Source of the DNA: Rebecca billardiae RCC1528
Lineage: Eukaryota > Protista > Haptophyta
NCBI GenBank assembly: GCA_965240325.2
Contig: OZ251224.1
Span: 2,294,001-2,358,000 of the forward strand
Length of the DNA stretch: 64,000 bases
Direction: 5' to 3'
The stretch's first letter is position 1. Each line of letters begins with the position of its first letter. Both the position numbers and the translations under genes were made by a program. Of this stretch, positions 14,834 to 27,241 are shown one piece after another. A model generated the notes under the pieces. It was not told the origin of the DNA. It saw nothing but the letters and a program-made list of their open reading frames with translations, and ran no database searches.

Positions 14834-16888
14834 CTACATGAGCGGCTTGAGCAGCATCGCGTTGAGCGACTGCTGCTGCCGCTTGCGCTCCTCCTGGATG
14901 CGAGTCACCTCGGCCGCCTTGGCATCCTCGGACTTCTGCAGCCGACCCTCAAGCTCCTTGCGCTGCGTCTCAAGAAAGTCGTGCGTAGTGCCCGAGCCGC
15001 CGCTCGCCAGCGTCGACGTGAGGGACGCGCTGCCCGGCCGCGCGCCGCCGGCCGCCGCGGCGCCGTCCGCGGGAGGGCCCGACTTGAAGCCAGCGCCCTG
15101 CGACGCGCTGACCGCGCTCATCGCCTGCTGCCGCTTCTGCAGCAGCAGCAGCTCGCGCTGCCGCCTCATGTGCTCCGCGCGCCGCTTCACCTCAAGCTCC
15201 TGCGCGGTGGCGCGCGCGCGCGCGGCGAGGGAGGGCGGGCGCGACACGGTGCGCGCCGGGTGAGGCCCGTGCCGCTGCGCAGGGGGAGGCGGCACGGCAC
15301 GGTGCGCGGGCCGCGTGCGCGCGCGCACCGCATCCGTGATCTCGCCGCCCTGCATCGACGTGCTCGCGGCCACACCCGCGGTCGGCCCGCGCATCGCGGC
15401 CGACTGCTGCATGGACGACGCGCGCGCGCCGCCGCCGCCGCCGCCCATCAGCTGCGCGTGCTGCTCGCGCTTGCGGATCTCCTCCGCGCGCCGCGCCGCG
15501 TCCTCCGCGCGCTTGAGCGAGTTGAGCTGCGTCTCTGACGCCTTGCGCGGGTCTGCGACGAACATCGTGGGCATGTGCTGGCGCGCAGACTGGCTGACGT
15601 TCGCGGCGGCGCGCGCGGCGGCGGACATGGCGGGCTGCACCTTCGCCGGCTCGAGCGCCTCGTTCGACGCCGCCGCGTCCGCGGCCGCCTGCCGCGCAGC
15701 TCGCACGGAGCTCACCAGGCCGCTCGCGTCTTCGTCAGCCTTGGCGGCGGCGGCGGCGGCGGCGCCTCCGCCGCCGCTCGGTGGCTTGCCCGGGGAGCCG
15801 AGCGGAGCGGCGTCGAACCTGGCCATGGGCGCGATCGGCGTGGGCTCGGGCGGCTGCACCGGCTCCGGCGCGGCCGGCGGCGGCGACGGCGCCGGCTCCG
15901 CCTTCTTGGTCGCCGCGTCGAGGAAGGCGCCCGCCTGTCTCGCCGCCTCCGCCTCCTTGCGCGACGCCTCGAGCGCCGCCTCCAGCGCTGCCTCCTCCTC
16001 CGCCTGCTCGCGCTTGACGGCCTCGTCGTGCTCGGAGCGCTTGGCGGTCTCGAGCTGGAGCGAGAGCGCGAGCACCATCTCCAGCTCCGCCTGCTCGCGC
16101 GCGCGCTGCGCCGTCGCCACGTCGTCGGTGCCGATCGGGCCCATCTCGGTCGTCGCCTCGGCCATCGAGAGCTTCATCGCGCGCTCGAGCTGCTTCTCAA
16201 AGTCGTCGGCGAGGGCGGCGTCAGGGGCGGCGCCGCCGGGCGGCGGGCTGGCGGGCTGGCTGTCAGCCGCGCCGCCGCCCTCCTGGAACTTCTGCAGCAT
16301 GCTCATCGCCTCCGCCTCGAGCTCGGCGTTGCGCTTCACCATCATCTTCTTGAACGAGAGGAAGTCGTCGACGACCAGGAGCTGCTCGAGCACCTGCTTG
16401 GAGAGCGTGGAGGACGGGTTGGAGGCGATGGCCTCGTGGAACTGCAGGGTCGTCACGCCCATCTCGTTCAGGTGGAACTCGAGCAGGTTCTCGACCATCT
16501 CCTTGAACGCCTGCGCGCCCGCCCGCGCGACGCGCGCGGCGCGCGATGGCCTAAGCGCGCGCCCGGCGCCGCACGCGCTGCGCTCGCTCAGGACTCGAAA
16601 ACGAGACGCGCGCGCACATCGTAGATCTCCATGTACGCGAGCTTGTTCTCGTCGTCGCCATCGAAAACGATGCAGTTCTCGTCGATGAATGACTGCCCGT
16701 GCAGCGCGCGATGCGCGGGCGCGCGGGTGGGTGGGTGGGTGCGCGCGCGCAGCCCAGCACGCCTCGCTCTCGCGCAGGGGCGCGCAGGCGCGTCGCGAGC
16801 GGGGACGCACCATCACGGGGAGCGCCCACGAGGGAGACTGCAGAAATTGCTGCACGCTCTCGAACAGCCAGTCCGCGTCGGACGCCAT
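14834..16888 (-). CDS. CFAP36: Cilia- and flagella-associated protein 36 (BART domain), three introns
   Basis: Spliced N-terminus WLFESVQQFLQSPSWALPVM / SFIDENCIVFDGDDENKLAYMEIY / FKEMVENLLE...LLVVDDFLSFKKMMVKRN; UIM-like helices; C-terminal ELEVKRRAEHMRRQRELLL. Confidence 0.88.
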   Translation of the reverse strand: MASDADWLFESVQQFLQSPSWALPVMVRPRSRRACAPLRESEACWAARAHPPTHPRARASRAARAVIHRRELHRFRWRRREQARVHGDLRCARASRFRVLSERSACGAGRALRPSRAARVARAGAQAFKEMVENLLEFHLNEMGVTTLQFHEAIASNPSSTLSKQVLEQLLVVDDFLSFKKMMVKRNAELEAEAMSMLQKFQEGGGAADSQPASPPPGGAAPDAALADDFEKQLERAMKLSMAEATTEMGPIGTDDVATAQRAREQAELEMVLALSLQLETAKRSEHDEAVKREQAEEEAALEAALEASRKEAEAARQAGAFLDAATKKAEPAPSPPPAAPEPVQPPEPTPIAPMARFDAAPLGSPGKPPSGGGGAAAAAAAKADEDASGLVSSVRAARQAAADAAASNEALEPAKVQPAMSAAARAAANVSQSARQHMPTMFVADPRKASETQLNSLKRAEDAARRAEEIRKREQHAQLMGGGGGGARASSMQQSAAMRGPTAGVAASTSMQGGEITDAVRARTRPAHRAVPPPPAQRHGPHPARTVSRPPSLAARARATAQELEVKRRAEHMRRQRELLLLQKRQQAMSAVSASQGAGFKSGPPADGAAAAGGARPGSASLTSTLASGGSGTTHDFLETQRKELEGRLQKSEDAKAAEVTRIQEERKRQQQSLNAMLLKPLM

Positions 16889-19513
16889 GCTACCACAGCG
16901 ACGACACCGACGCCCCCGCGCGCGCACCGCTCTCCCGCCCTTGCTCAGCGATCTAGATCGAGACACTGAGTCCGGGCCGGACGGGGTACAGTAGCCGGAC
17001 GCACGATGGCGGCGCCCACTGTCATGGCGGTTGCAGCCAGCAGTCCATCTTGCCCTCCAAGAGGCACAGTGGCATCTGTCAGCCAGCTGTGCCGTCCGAA
17101 AAGGTACTCGTGCAGCAGCATCGCATGCGCCGCGGATGCGCGAGCGCGCCGCAGAACAGCATCCGCGGCGCGTGCGATGCTGCTGGACGAGTCAGAGTAC
17201 TCGTCGCTAAGTGCTAGTGGTGCGCCGGCCGTGCCGTGTTGCGCTGGGCCAGGGGTGACTATGATCGCACCGCCCTGCAGCCAGCTTGGGCATTGTGCCG
17301 CTGGCATGAGGCGCCGCAGTTTATTGGGACGGCGTCCTGGATGATGAGTGCGTCGCGCTGCTGCGCGCACAGCACCCTGGCCCCAGCCTGCCACGTTCCG
17401 GCGCAGGCGATGGGAGCGTGCCTGCTGGCCGTGTGGCTACCACCGGAGCGGTTGCTGGGCGCACACAACATGACCGGCATGCGCATTGTGCGTCAGTCGG
17501 CCGCGCCATTAGCAGAGCAGCTCTCAGAGCTACTGCTGGCTGCTGGGCACCAGGGTCATGCTCAGGGGAGTGACTCAGGCGCGCACGTCGCGCGAGCCGG
17601 TTGCCCACCGCGCAGCTGCGGGCACGGCAGCTGGCGATCAGTGTCATGGTTTGATGCGCGTGTTGCGCGAGCCGGCTGCCAGCTGGGGCTCGGCGTGCAG
17701 GCCATGTGGGGCAGTGCAGAGACTGCTAGCACCTATTGGATGTGCGGATGTGCGCCGCAGACGCTGCTATATCCACAGCCGAGCGCGCACAGTCCACATG
17801 TGCACGTGTTGGGCGCTGGATCCAAGGGGTCGCAGAGTCTCAAGACTGCCCCCTGGCACGTCCTCTGCAGAGCTGCGCCGGGCATGGCGCGATTGCAGGG
17901 ACGCACCGCCACCGTCGGCCAGTGCGTGATTCCGGTCGTGCGAAGGTGGTCGTGGCAGCCACGTGATACAGTACGGCCCTTGCATGTGAGGCAGTGCCCT
18001 GCGCATGGGGGGCGGACGAGGGCAGGAGTCCGGGAACCAGAGCGGCTGGGTGCGTACCAGCCAGGCCCTGCACGGCTCTCCGGCCGTCGTTTGCATCTGC
18101 ACGGCGCTCCCGCTTGGCCGCTTCCGGATCGGACATCCGGATCTCGGCGCCTGTTGGCCGAGTTGCAGCCACAGGATCTGGCGGCGCATCGGGATTCGGG
18201 AACAGGCCTGTGCTGGTGTGGTCGGACGCTGCGTGCGAGCCGGCAGCGACCGGCTCCGACCACCATGGACTTCGTCAGTGCCGGCCTCGTTGGCAGCCTC
18301 AGAGGTGGTTTCATGCCTCGGGCTCGGCTGTCGTCCCTCCTGAGGGATGGCCAAGCTGCGGCTGCGCCGACAGTATATCGGGCAACTCTGGCTCTTGGCC
18401 GCGGCGGCAGTGTACCAACACAGCCTGCCCTGCTGGTTGACATCAGGTGTCGCACTTCATTGACTACATGAGCGCGCTCACTGGGCAGTGGGCTGATCAA
18501 GGACAGGTGGTCTGACTGATGCCTTCGCTGCCTGCTCGGCAGAGGGACGGGCAGCCGCCGTCCACAGCTGCGCGGCGCGGGCAGGCAGGGTTGCACCACA
18601 GCCGCGAAGGCGCGCCAGCTGGCATGGAATACGCGTTCGACACCGTGCCGGTCGGCACGACGGCACGTCGCCGGCTCTGACTGACAGCAGTGAGCAGCGC
18701 CTGCCGTGCGACGTGCCCGCATGGCCCGTGTCACGTGTGCCCGCCGGGTCACGGGTGGCGGGTGCCCCTCACTCCTCAGGGCCTCGGTTGGTGGGTGGAC
18801 CCAGCTGGACGTTGAGCCCACGCTCCCTCCAGTCGGAAGTCACCCACAGGGCCACCAGCATCGTGCGCGGTAGATAAGCGCACGACGTCCCCGCCCTGTC
18901 AGTTCGGGGAGGCCTCCTCACCGGAAGAGACACTCACAGCTCAGGTGTGCAGCGAGATTGACGCCCTTAATCCCTTATCATCAAGCGACAAGTGATCTCG
19001 GTGATGATTTACCCGCTGCTTGTGCGAAACCTACGACCAAGTTAATTTTTCAAGTTCAGCCGTCGCATTTTGAACTTGAACACATTGTTTTACTATAATC
19101 GTTCCTCCACCGCTGATAAGCGGGTGAGCACGACGCGCTTGGTGCACAGCTTTGGTCGATCACGGGGCGCCCCCGTTATCATACCCCCAAACGGTATTTT
19201 ATCTTTGTGAGAGCTGAGTAGTTGACCGTATGTGATTGACGTAGCTGGATGTTCTCCCTTCCCTCTCGCTTTCGTCGAATATTCTCGATGGTATCCCCGG
19301 CCGGTTGAGGTGTAGGGTGAAAGTACGCGCGAACTTTTGACCGGGTAAGTACCCGGCAACTAACCCGGAACACAGAACCTCTCACCGCTCTGAGCGGTAT
19401 TGTACGACACGACGGTCCAACCCTTTCACACTCCGCGACCCAACCTTCCGGTTGTGTGACGTTGAATTCGGGCACATCACGCCCTCGAGGCTTGAATTCC
19501 CACCGGGGTCGGC

Positions 19514-21765
19514 ATGGCTCCCACCTCGCCTCGCCTCGGCGCAAATGCCAATAAGGTGAACGGCGACCGCGTGGTTGGGCATGCCGACGTTGAGTACCGC
19601 GCCAATGCTTCTGGCCGCGCAGCAGCTGACGACGACGCTGGGCTCGTCGGCGGCAACGCCAACCGCAAAGCTCGTCAGTCGGCGCGACGCACGTGGTCGG
19701 CGGAAGAGGACGCGAAGCTGAGAGAGGTATGCCTTGCTCATTGCAAGAGCCCCGCGCACATCCACGCCGCGTGTAGCCCCGCGGCCAGGGTGCGCGAGCG
19801 GAACCACGGGCGGGCCGGCCACCGCCCGGCGCCGAACGCGCGCAGACACATTTCTTCAGCGGGCGACACGTGTGTGCAGCTCACCTGAGCGCCGGACTCG
19901 CGCCAACCACGCGCTCTTGACGCCGCCGCTCCGCCGCTCCGCCGCGCGTCCGTCGCGTCACTCCCACAACCGCACGCACGTGCGCGCAGGTGGTCGAACG
20001 GCTCGGTGCCAAGCAGTGGGCGCTGATCGCCGAGCACATGGGTGTGCGCCCCGTGCGAGCGCACCGGGTGCATGGGGGTGATTGTTCATGAAACCTTCGG
20101 CCCATCGAGCACTCACGCGTGCGCCCGCGCCTCCCGCTCGCCTCCCGTGCGTGCCGACTGCGCGCTCAGGAGGGAGTCGCAAGGACTGGCAGTGCCGCGA
20201 GCGGTGGCTCAACCATCTCGGCCCAGCGGTGAACAAGGGAGTCTGGTCGGCGGACGAGGACCAGGCACTCATGCAGGCCGTCCAGGACCTTGGGCCGGTG
20301 CGCGCAGGCCCCGCGTCGTGCGGCGCATGGAGGACAATGCGATCGAATCCTCGCGCGAGCAGCGCCGAGCGCGGCGCGCGTGCCCACCATCCCTCCGTCA
20401 TCGTAATCCGATCCGCGCGTCCTCGTCACCCCACGTGCCCGCAGCGATGGGCGCAAATCCGGCTGCTGCTGCCCGGGCGAACGGGGCATGGGGTCAAGAA
20501 CCGATACCATTCGCTCAAGCGGAGCAGCTCCGCCCTTCACGGGCTAGGGGCCCAGCAGGCGAGGGTGCCGATCGCGATGCCACTCGGTGGCGGCGGTGCG
20601 GTCGCGTCCGTCGCTGGCGTGCTCGGAACGGCGGGCGGTGTGGCGGCCGACGCGGCGCAGCCCATGCTCCCCGGACTGGGCGCGATGGGCGTGGCGGCGT
20701 TGCCAGCGGGCGCGGGGCAGCTGTACATGCACGGCGGTGGCGTGGCGGCGGATGCTTCGATCATGCGGAGCAGCGCGTGCGCGCCCGGCGCAGCCACCCA
20801 GCAGGCGCTACACGCCGTCGCCGGCCAGCAGCCGCACGCGGATGGCGCCGCCAACGGCTTGGCGTTGGGCCCGCCCGAGATTATGATGGCGGCGCTGAGG
20901 CAGCAGCAGCAGCTGGTTGCGCTGATGTCTGGCGCATGGTCCCGGCAGATCTCGGGGCCGCCCCAGCAGATGCTGCCGTGTGCTGCCCCGGGGCATCCGC
21001 ATTGTGCCAACAGCCTCTCCTATGCCGCGCAGCAGCTGCCGCGCTGCCCGCGCATCGCCGCGCTGCAGCCGCAGCAGCAGCCACAGCACCACCATGGCGT
21101 GGGTGCAGGTGTCGTGCGCGCGCACGTGCGGACCTCTGTGAACGTCAACTTCTGCGACAGCGTCACGGGGAGCTCAGAGCCGAGCGCCTCGTGGGCCGGG
21201 CCCAACGGGTTGCATGCAATCGGTGGATTCGGTGCGCCGGCCAGTGCGAGCGCGGTGCACGCCACCGTCGTGGCGGCGCCCGGAGCGGGTGCGCATGCGG
21301 GCACGCAGGACGGCGCCTACGCATCGGCCAATGGCAGCGCACATGCCCGCCTGACCAACGTCGCGGCGGCGGCGGTGCAGCAGGCGGAGCAAGCTGCCTG
21401 GGCAGCGCCGTCGCGCGCGACGAAGCGCGGGCGTGCTGCTGAGGACGACTGGGTGGAGCTGGAGCAGTATCCGCGCGCGCAGCCGCCCCGCTCGCTCTCG
21501 AAGTGCACGCAGCTCAACCTGCTCGGGTACACGCTTCCGGGCATGTTCTCGCCTCCCGTGACGTCGACTGCTCACCTTGCTCTCTGCTCGCAGCCCGACT
21601 CTGCGGCTGCAGTGGTCGTGGCGCAGGCTGAACTCGACGGCGCTGAGGGGGATGGCGGGGACACGCGCGAGGGCGGGTGGGGTGGCGGCAGCAGCCGCGG
21701 GGCACACTGCGACGGTGGAATGCGTCCTTCGCCTACGGTGATGCTGCTGCAGGAGCAGCGGCGGC

Positions 21766-21799
<34 letters not shown>

Positions 21800-22124
21800 G
21801 CAGCAGCAGGCGCGTGCGCTTCACCTCTATGCGGACTCCACCAACAGGCCACCTCCGCCCAGGCCACGCACCATCAGCTCGGCCCAGCCGGCGCCGGCAG
21901 GCGCAGCTGCAGGTACACCGCCGCTGCTGCCGCAGGAGAGCTTGCTGCTCGCGCCGGGCGCCAATGTGCAGCGCCAGCGCATTGTCGAGCTCTCATCGAA
22001 GCTGCTTTCGCTCGCTCAGGGGGACGGGCAGCCCCAGGGTGACGAGCTGCTCGAGGATGTGCTCGGCGAGCTACGTGCGGCGGTCGAGCAGCCGCACGCA
22101 GATGCGGACGCGTCGGCCAGCTAG
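19514..22124 (+). CDS. R2R3-type MYB transcription factor (introns 19727-19989, 20042-20169, 20298-20444)
   Basis: Spliced repeats WSAEEDAKLRE/VVERLGAKQWALIAEHMG/GSRKDWQCRERWLNHL and WSADEDQAL...RWAQIRLLLPGRTGHGVKNRY; low-complexity Q-rich tail. Confidence 0.92.
21768..21809 (+). repeat. (CAG)n polyglutamine tract in the MYB gene
   Basis: Ten CAG, one CCG, three CAG. Confidence 0.9.
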
Positions 22125-22595
22125 CCCGCAGCCTCGCTCGGCATCAAAATGTAACGACTCGGTTGCTGCTGCAGGCGCGCGCGCCGCAGTTCGGCCCGCC
22201 CGGCGGCGGCCCGCCGCGTGCGCCCCGCTGAGTCTTCAAAGTTATTGGTCGGCCTGACCGGGACAGCTTGACTCGTGACTGTCTCGAGATTACTGCCACT
22301 TAGCCAACACGCCCGACACGGGCGGCACACGGCAACACTGCCAACAGGCCGATTATTCGTCGGCTGATTCGCACGTCAGATTCAGACGAGCCAGCTGACG
22401 GTATATTATCGGTTGCCGCGATTTAATGATGCCAGCGCACTGCCGTGAGCCGTCTGCCAGTGGCCGCAGGAGCGCTCATCTGGCGTGACTTGGAGTCCGC
22501 CCGAGTCCAGGCTAGACGCGCTGCCGCACCGCGCGCGCCACCCGAGCTGCTGGGCCGGCCGCCACCAGCCGGCGAGGAGCCGAGGACTACGATGA

Positions 22596-23463
22596 TACAG
22601 TTTACTAAGAATAAGAGACGCACACAGCTCAGGCAGGCGAGATTGACGCCCGCCAACTGTCACCGCCCATGAAGCCGTCGCCGATGGTAGCACCGCCGGA
22701 AGATTCGTTCAGCCGGCCTGCGAGGCCTGGATGAGGGCTGCGTATGGAGCGTTCGTTGGAACTTGACGCCGGTTTGGCGCCCGCGCGGCGAGGGCGACGA
22801 CGGGCGTACACTGGGCCCGCGGCGGCGGGAAGCGCGCGGGCGCGGCCGAGAACGGCACGGTCCGGACGCCTCTCGCCAGCCGCGGACGCGCACCGCGCCT
22901 CCTCCTCGCACGCTGCTAACTTGATCCGGGTTAAACGGTGGTTTTGCTGCCGACCAGCTCAAGTTCCACGGCTGGTCAAGGTTCGGCTTGCGACCTCGCC
23001 GCTGGTGCTTGCAAGAAGGTACATGAGTTGGTCGAACTCCCACGCACCCGCTCTGCGCTCGTCGACGCCCTCTGAAGGTGACTCGGGGTGCATGCGGGGC
23101 AGTGGAATGCAGTGGTTCGGCGTTGCCTCTCAGTCGTCCAGCGCGCAGGCCATGTAGCGCGGGTGTGGTGCGCGCATGGCCCGGTAATTCGGTCGCGGCA
23201 TATCTGTCTGGGCTGCCCAAGGCCTGCCGCACCGCGAAGCGAGCGCTCAGGAGCGTGTGCCGACCGTGCCAGCCCCGCCGAGATGGGGCACTTCGCTGGG
23301 AAATGCGGTGTCAAGACCCCCGCTCAAAGTTCCAACGAACGCTCCATACGCCTTTTCTGTAGGCTGTCCGCCTCAGCGGAGGGGGGCCGGACAGGCTGGC
23401 TACCTTTTCTGGAGTACAGTTTACTAAGAATAAGAGACGCACACAGCTCAGGCAGGCGAGATT
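22596..23463. repeat. Composite unit: 49-bp direct repeats enclosing a 612-bp segment with 25-bp terminal inverted repeats
   Basis: Identical 49-mer TACAGTTTACTAAGAATAAGAGACGCACACAGCTCAGGCAGGCGAGATT at 22596-22644 and 23415-23463; GCGTATGGAGCGTTCGTTGGAACTT at 22740-22764 is inverted at 23327-23351. Confidence 0.8.
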
Positions 23464-23732
23464 AAGTGATAAGTCCAGCGAACCAGCCAATAGTCGTCGC
23501 CAGTCTCAGTTTATTGGCCAGATGACCCAGATCCCAGTTGCTTCAATCATCTTATCTACAAGATGCTAGATGATACTTGTCATCGTAGTACTTCACAGTA
23601 CTTTAGTACGTACCCCGGTACCCGTAGCTAGTAGGAATACTGTACAGGGGGCGCCTGGGCGAGTGGGCGCTACGCGGGCGGGTCACGGGAGTTCGCGAGA
23701 GTGCGGGCGGGTCGCGCAGCGCTTGAGCTCCG

Positions 23733-26700
23733 ATGGGGTGGCTGAGGCGAGGTACGCGCGAGCTCGATGAGTATATCCTCGTCACAGATCCGGGGCCAGA
23801 TCCGGACGACGTCAAGGTACGCTCCCGCAAGCCGCGCGCGCGCGTGCGTGCGCGCGCGCCTCTGTGGCGGGTGAGTGCTGACGTGTGCCACCCCCCCTTG
23901 CCGCGCCAGGCACTCTTGGTGCTGGCGATGCTCCACCGCCAGCGCGCGCTGTCGCTGCGCTGCGTGATCGCCAATGGCGGCGCGCAAGCCGAGCGCCGGG
24001 CGGCCCTCGCGCGCTGCATCCTCGACGTGGTCGGCGCGCGAGACGTCCCTGTGGGCGTCGGCTCTGAAGGCTCGCCCACGCCGGCGCAGCCGCACGAGAC
24101 GGCGATGCCAGGCTTCGAGGCGGTGGATCGCTCGACGCTGCGGAGGGGCGCCGCGCTGCTGCGCTCCGAGTTCGAGCGCGCGCGCCCGCGCAGCCTCACC
24201 GTCATCCTGATCTCGTCGCTGCGTGACTTTGCGGACATCTGCCGCGAGGCGCCCGAGCTCGTGCGCGCCAAGGTGGCGAGCGTGGCCATCCAGGGCGGGC
24301 TCGAGCGCGACGAGCGCTCGGCGTCGGGCTGGGCACCGGACGCCGCGGTGAACAACCGCTTCGACATCGAGGCCGCGCGCGAGGTGTACGACTTCGTCTT
24401 TGCCGCCGGGCTGCCGACCAGTGTCACGTCGCGCACCGCGGTGCCGCTGCTGCCGATGCAGCTCGCGCGCTCGTTCGCGGATCGCACGCACTGCCCGGTG
24501 ATGGAGTACCTGGCGAACGCGCAGTTCCTCGGGCTGGAGGGGCTGTGGCGGAAGCTCTGCGCCGGCGAGCTCCCCTCGCGCTGCACCAAGGAGTGGTACT
24601 TCGCCACCTTCTGCGGCGTGGGCCCCGCCGACTTTGAGGCGCGCGGCTACGAGCGACTCGACGCGTCGGCCGACATCGTCTCCCGCCTCAACGGCTTCGT
24701 CAAGCCGTACGACGTGGTGGCGCTGATGACGGTGCTGCCGCACACGCGGCGCTTCTTCACGCGCGCCGCGCTCACCAGCGTGCCCGCCGCCGACGGCACG
24801 CCCGTCGAGCACCTGCTGCTGCTCGAGCCGTCGCACGCGCTCGACGTGCGGCACGTGCTGCGCGTGCTGCGCGACACCTATCACGAGGTGGTCCTCACGA
24901 CGGTCGAGCTGCAGCCGCGCGCGGAGGGCGCGGCGGCGCGCGCGGCGACGCTCGGGGACAAGGCGTCCGTCGCGCGCCAACGGCTGCGCGGACGCCTCAC
25001 GCGCGTGCACGTCGACTCGCTCTCGCAGCCGCGCGAGAGCACCCTCAGCGCCGTGAGCGCCGAGCGCGGCTCGGCGGGGCAGCGCGGCTCGTCCGCGCAC
25101 GGCGGCGCGCCCGCCGACGCCGGCGTGGCCGACGAGCGCCGGACGCGAGGGCGGCGTACGTCGCACGGCATGGCGGCGGGCATGCGTACGCCCGCGACGG
25201 GCGTCATCGACGAGCCCGTCGGCGTGCGCGTCCTCGACGAGGCGGTGGAGGAGGCGCGCGCGTCCTTCTCACGAGCCACCCTCTGCGCCGCGCTGCTCGG
25301 CTTTGCGCTCGTGCTGTGCGCGTCCGGACTCCTGGCCACCGGACTCGCGCTCAAGCACGTGCTGCACGGCTCGCGGAGCAGCGTGGCGCTGGAGTCGACC
25401 GGCGTGCTCCTCATCGCCTTCGCCCTCGCGACCAGCCTGCTCGCGCTCCACCCGATCCGGCGCCACACCCTCGCCATCCGGTGCGGCCACGTCGTGAGCG
25501 CGCTGCTGGGCGGGACGGTCCTTCTGCCGGACGCAGCGTTCGGTCTCGCGTCCGCGTGCGTGCCGACGATCGTGCCGGGGGCGGTGGAGGCGCTGTGCCC
25601 GCTGCCGGGCGCGGCGGCGACGTGGCTGCTCCTCGCGCTCCTCGACGTGCTCTCCCTCCTCCTCTCGCTCCGCGAGCTCGGCTGCCCCGGCCGGCCACTC
25701 AACCAGCGCCGAGCGGTCGCGTTGCTGTGGATTCTCGTCGGCGTGAGTTCGGGCGCGCACGGCGCCGCCTTCGCCGGCCTGGTGCTGGCCGAGCCGGCGA
25801 CGCGCGCGTTCCTGCCCGGCGGCGAAGGGCCCGGCGGCGAAGGGCTGGCGCTGCAGCTCACCATCGCCGTCGTGCTCCTCCTGCTCTGCGCGCTCCTCCT
25901 CACCCCCGGGCAGAGGCGGCGCGGGCAGCTGCTCATGCTCAAGCTCTCGGGCGGCGCCGGGCCGACCGCGGCGCTTGCCCCCATCATTGGGTGGGGCGAG
26001 CAGGAGCCGCAGCAGCTGTGGCACGAGGCGTGCGTGTGCATGCACCCGCTCACGCTGGACGACGCGGGCCTGGCGATCGCGCGCTTCCCGCTCGCCGGCA
26101 GCGAGCGCGGCAGCACCGCCTCCTCCCACTACAGCGCCTTGCTGCGGCGCGGCGTCTCCCCGCACGCCCTCCGGCGGCCCGGCTGGGGCCCGCGGCTGCG
26201 GCTGTTCGCGCTCGTGGCGGCTGAGCGCCTCAGCTTGGCGCTCTCGGACGGGTGGAGGCGCGACCGGTCGGACGTCGACAGCGCGAGTACCTTCTCCTCG
26301 CCCGGCGCCGCCCATGTTCGGCCCCGAGTCCGCACGCTCGCAGCGCCGCACATGCGCGGCATCCCGACCCTGCGGGCGCTCGCGAGCAGGCCGCCGAGCG
26401 GCGCGGACGACGGCGCGCCGGGTGCCGTGTCGGAGCCCGAGCCCACCGCGCCCATCCTCGACTACTACGTGTGCCACGCGGCGGCGGACTCGGCCGCGCT
26501 GAAGACGGAGGCGCTGGCGCGGCACGCCCGCGCGTTCGCCGAGCGCCACGGCCGCCCGCCCGTCGTCTGGCTCGACCACGTCTGCCTCGACCCGTCGCTC
26601 ACGTCGGCGGAGCAACTGTCGCACATGCCGGTACGGCTCGCGCGCTGCCGCAAGCTGCTGCTGCTGTGCGGGCCGGCGGTCACGCAGCGGCTGTGGTGCG

Positions 26701-27241
26701 TGGTCGAGCTCTTCCTGTGGCACCTGCTCGGCGGCAGCACGCACGACATCGAGGTGCTCCTCGTCGCGCAAGGGCAGGACGAGGCGAAGGAGATTGTCGC
26801 CTCCTTCGACAGGTGAGCCGCGCGCGCCTTACTCCGCCCGCGCGCGCGCCTCCCGGCCCGGAGCTCCCACAGCCACCGGGCCGCCGCCGCCGTGCGGCAG
26901 GGCCGCGAGGGCGGGACGGGCGCGCGCGCGGAGTGCCGCGCCCGTGCTGCGCGCGCGCGCGGCCCACTCGCGCCCCCGCCCCGTCGCTCACCACACGCCG
27001 ACGCGCGCGCGCCCCCGCGCCTGCGTGGCCGCGCAGCTTCCACGTCATGTACGCCACCACCAGCAGCCAGACGCGCGCGGACGAGCGCGCTCTGACGCGC
27101 GCGGTCGAGCTGGCGACGGTGTCGCGCGTGAACGAGGTGGTGCGGCAGTGCATGTGGAGCGTGCACTCGGCCGCGGCAGCAGCGTCGAGAGCCGCCGTGA
27201 AGGAGGCAGAGGCGGTGGCTCCATCAGACGACAACTGCTGA
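23733..27241 (+). CDS. Nucleoside hydrolase-like domain + ~6 TM helices + C-terminal TIR-like domain (introns 23817-23909, 26813-27036)
   Basis: VTDPGPDPDD Asp-rich metal motif, LISSLRD, IQGG, NNRFDIEAA, YDVVA; six hydrophobic segments; DYYVCHA...WLDHVCLD...LLLLCGP...RLWCVVEL. Confidence 0.8.
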
